Shown piece by piece: positions 63,454 to 64,000 of a DNA stretch of 64,000 nt. Position numbers and translations under genes: made by a program. The DNA comes from Torpedo marmorata. Lineage: Eukaryota. The stretch is from the NCBI GenBank assembly GCA_977017645.1, contig OZ360230.1, positions 39,928,001 through 39,992,000 of the forward strand, written 5' to 3'. The first letter of the stretch is position 1. Every line of letters begins with the position of its first letter. The notes beneath the pieces were generated by a model. That model made no database searches. It was given only the letters and a program-made list of their open reading frames with translations, and was not told where the DNA came from.

Positions 63454-64000
63454 CTATGTACAACTGTAAACCTGAACAAACACCAATAAACAAGTTTTAA
63501 TGCACAACACAATGATGACAACTGTTAAATCATTCCAACAGCTGGAGGAAGATGACGAATTAAATGATTCGTATCCCTCCTCCATGCAGTGGAGGCTATC
63601 AGCGTGACTTGGTGGCGCTGAATAATACTGCCACGGGGTTGCAGGAGCTCGGTGATGCCCTGCGGAACTTCGGTGCAGAGGAGTGGGAGCAGGGTTATGC
63701 TGTGCAGGAGGTGCCATGTGTCCAATCAGTTCCCGCATAAGGGAATTCTGTTCATGCATCTCCTGCTGAATGTTGTCAATCATTCTCCCAAAGGCATCCA
63801 TGCGCTGTGCGTCCGCCTCCCATGCCAACTTCTCCGCCTCCATCTGCTCTCGCTGCATCATCGTCTCGCGGACCATCTGCCTTTCCTGTTGAAGGCGAGC
63901 CCTTTCATAGTCCTCACGGTCTATCTCCTGTAGCATCTCCTTTATCTCCTTCGTGACCGCGTAAGTTTTCCCCCTTTTCTGTTTCTTCTTCCGCGGCAGG
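63454..64000 (-). CDS. C-terminal part of the probable Harbinger Myb/SANT-trihelix accessory protein
   Basis: Open frame to the window edge with NLS-like PRKKKQKRGK and an E/Q/R-rich coiled coil, convergent with the transposase. The Myb domain itself is not visible. Confidence 0.65.
   Translation of the reverse strand, partial: LPRKKKQKRGKTYAVTKEIKEMLQEIDREDYERARLQQERQMVRETMMQREQMEAEKLAWEADAQRMDAFGRMIDNIQQEMHEQNSLMRELIGHMAPPAQHNPAPTPLHRSSAGHHRAPATPWQYYSAPPSHADSLHCMEEGYESFNSSSSSSCWNDLTVVIIVLCIKTCLLVFVQVYSCT

Larger units (their letters stand above)
62369..64000. mobile_element. PIF/Harbinger DNA transposon, continuing beyond the window; left end approximate
   Basis: Plus-strand transposase remnant convergent with a minus-strand coiled-coil ORF. 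Confidence 0.85.

Overview
This is AT-rich eukaryotic DNA, almost certainly from a cartilaginous fish (ray or shark), judging by HE1/V-SINE-type SINEs and abundant CR1 and Penelope repeats. It looks intronic or intergenic: I could not identify an intact host gene. Much of it is transposon-derived: tRNA SINEs; CR1, Rex1/Babar, L1/Tx1 and Penelope retroelements; a Mag-type Gypsy with both LTRs; pogo/Tigger/Tc2, hAT and Harbinger DNA transposons. Main signals: (1) Two different pogo-superfamily non-autonomous transposons about 2.5 kb apart both carry the 5' coding part of a DMRT1-like gene (MPN...SKKSPRLPKCxxCRNHG). (2) A MAP3K12/DLK kinase exon fragment with its splice acceptor is fused to a Penelope hammerhead-ribozyme terminus and inserted in an old LINE. 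(3) Several minimal hammerhead ribozyme motifs occur in Penelope termini. (4) A TSD-flanked, ORF1-only 'half-L1' is present. (5) A pogo transposase ends in an acidic FxGF motif. All translations and alignments were done by eye, and family assignments are from memory and need database confirmation.
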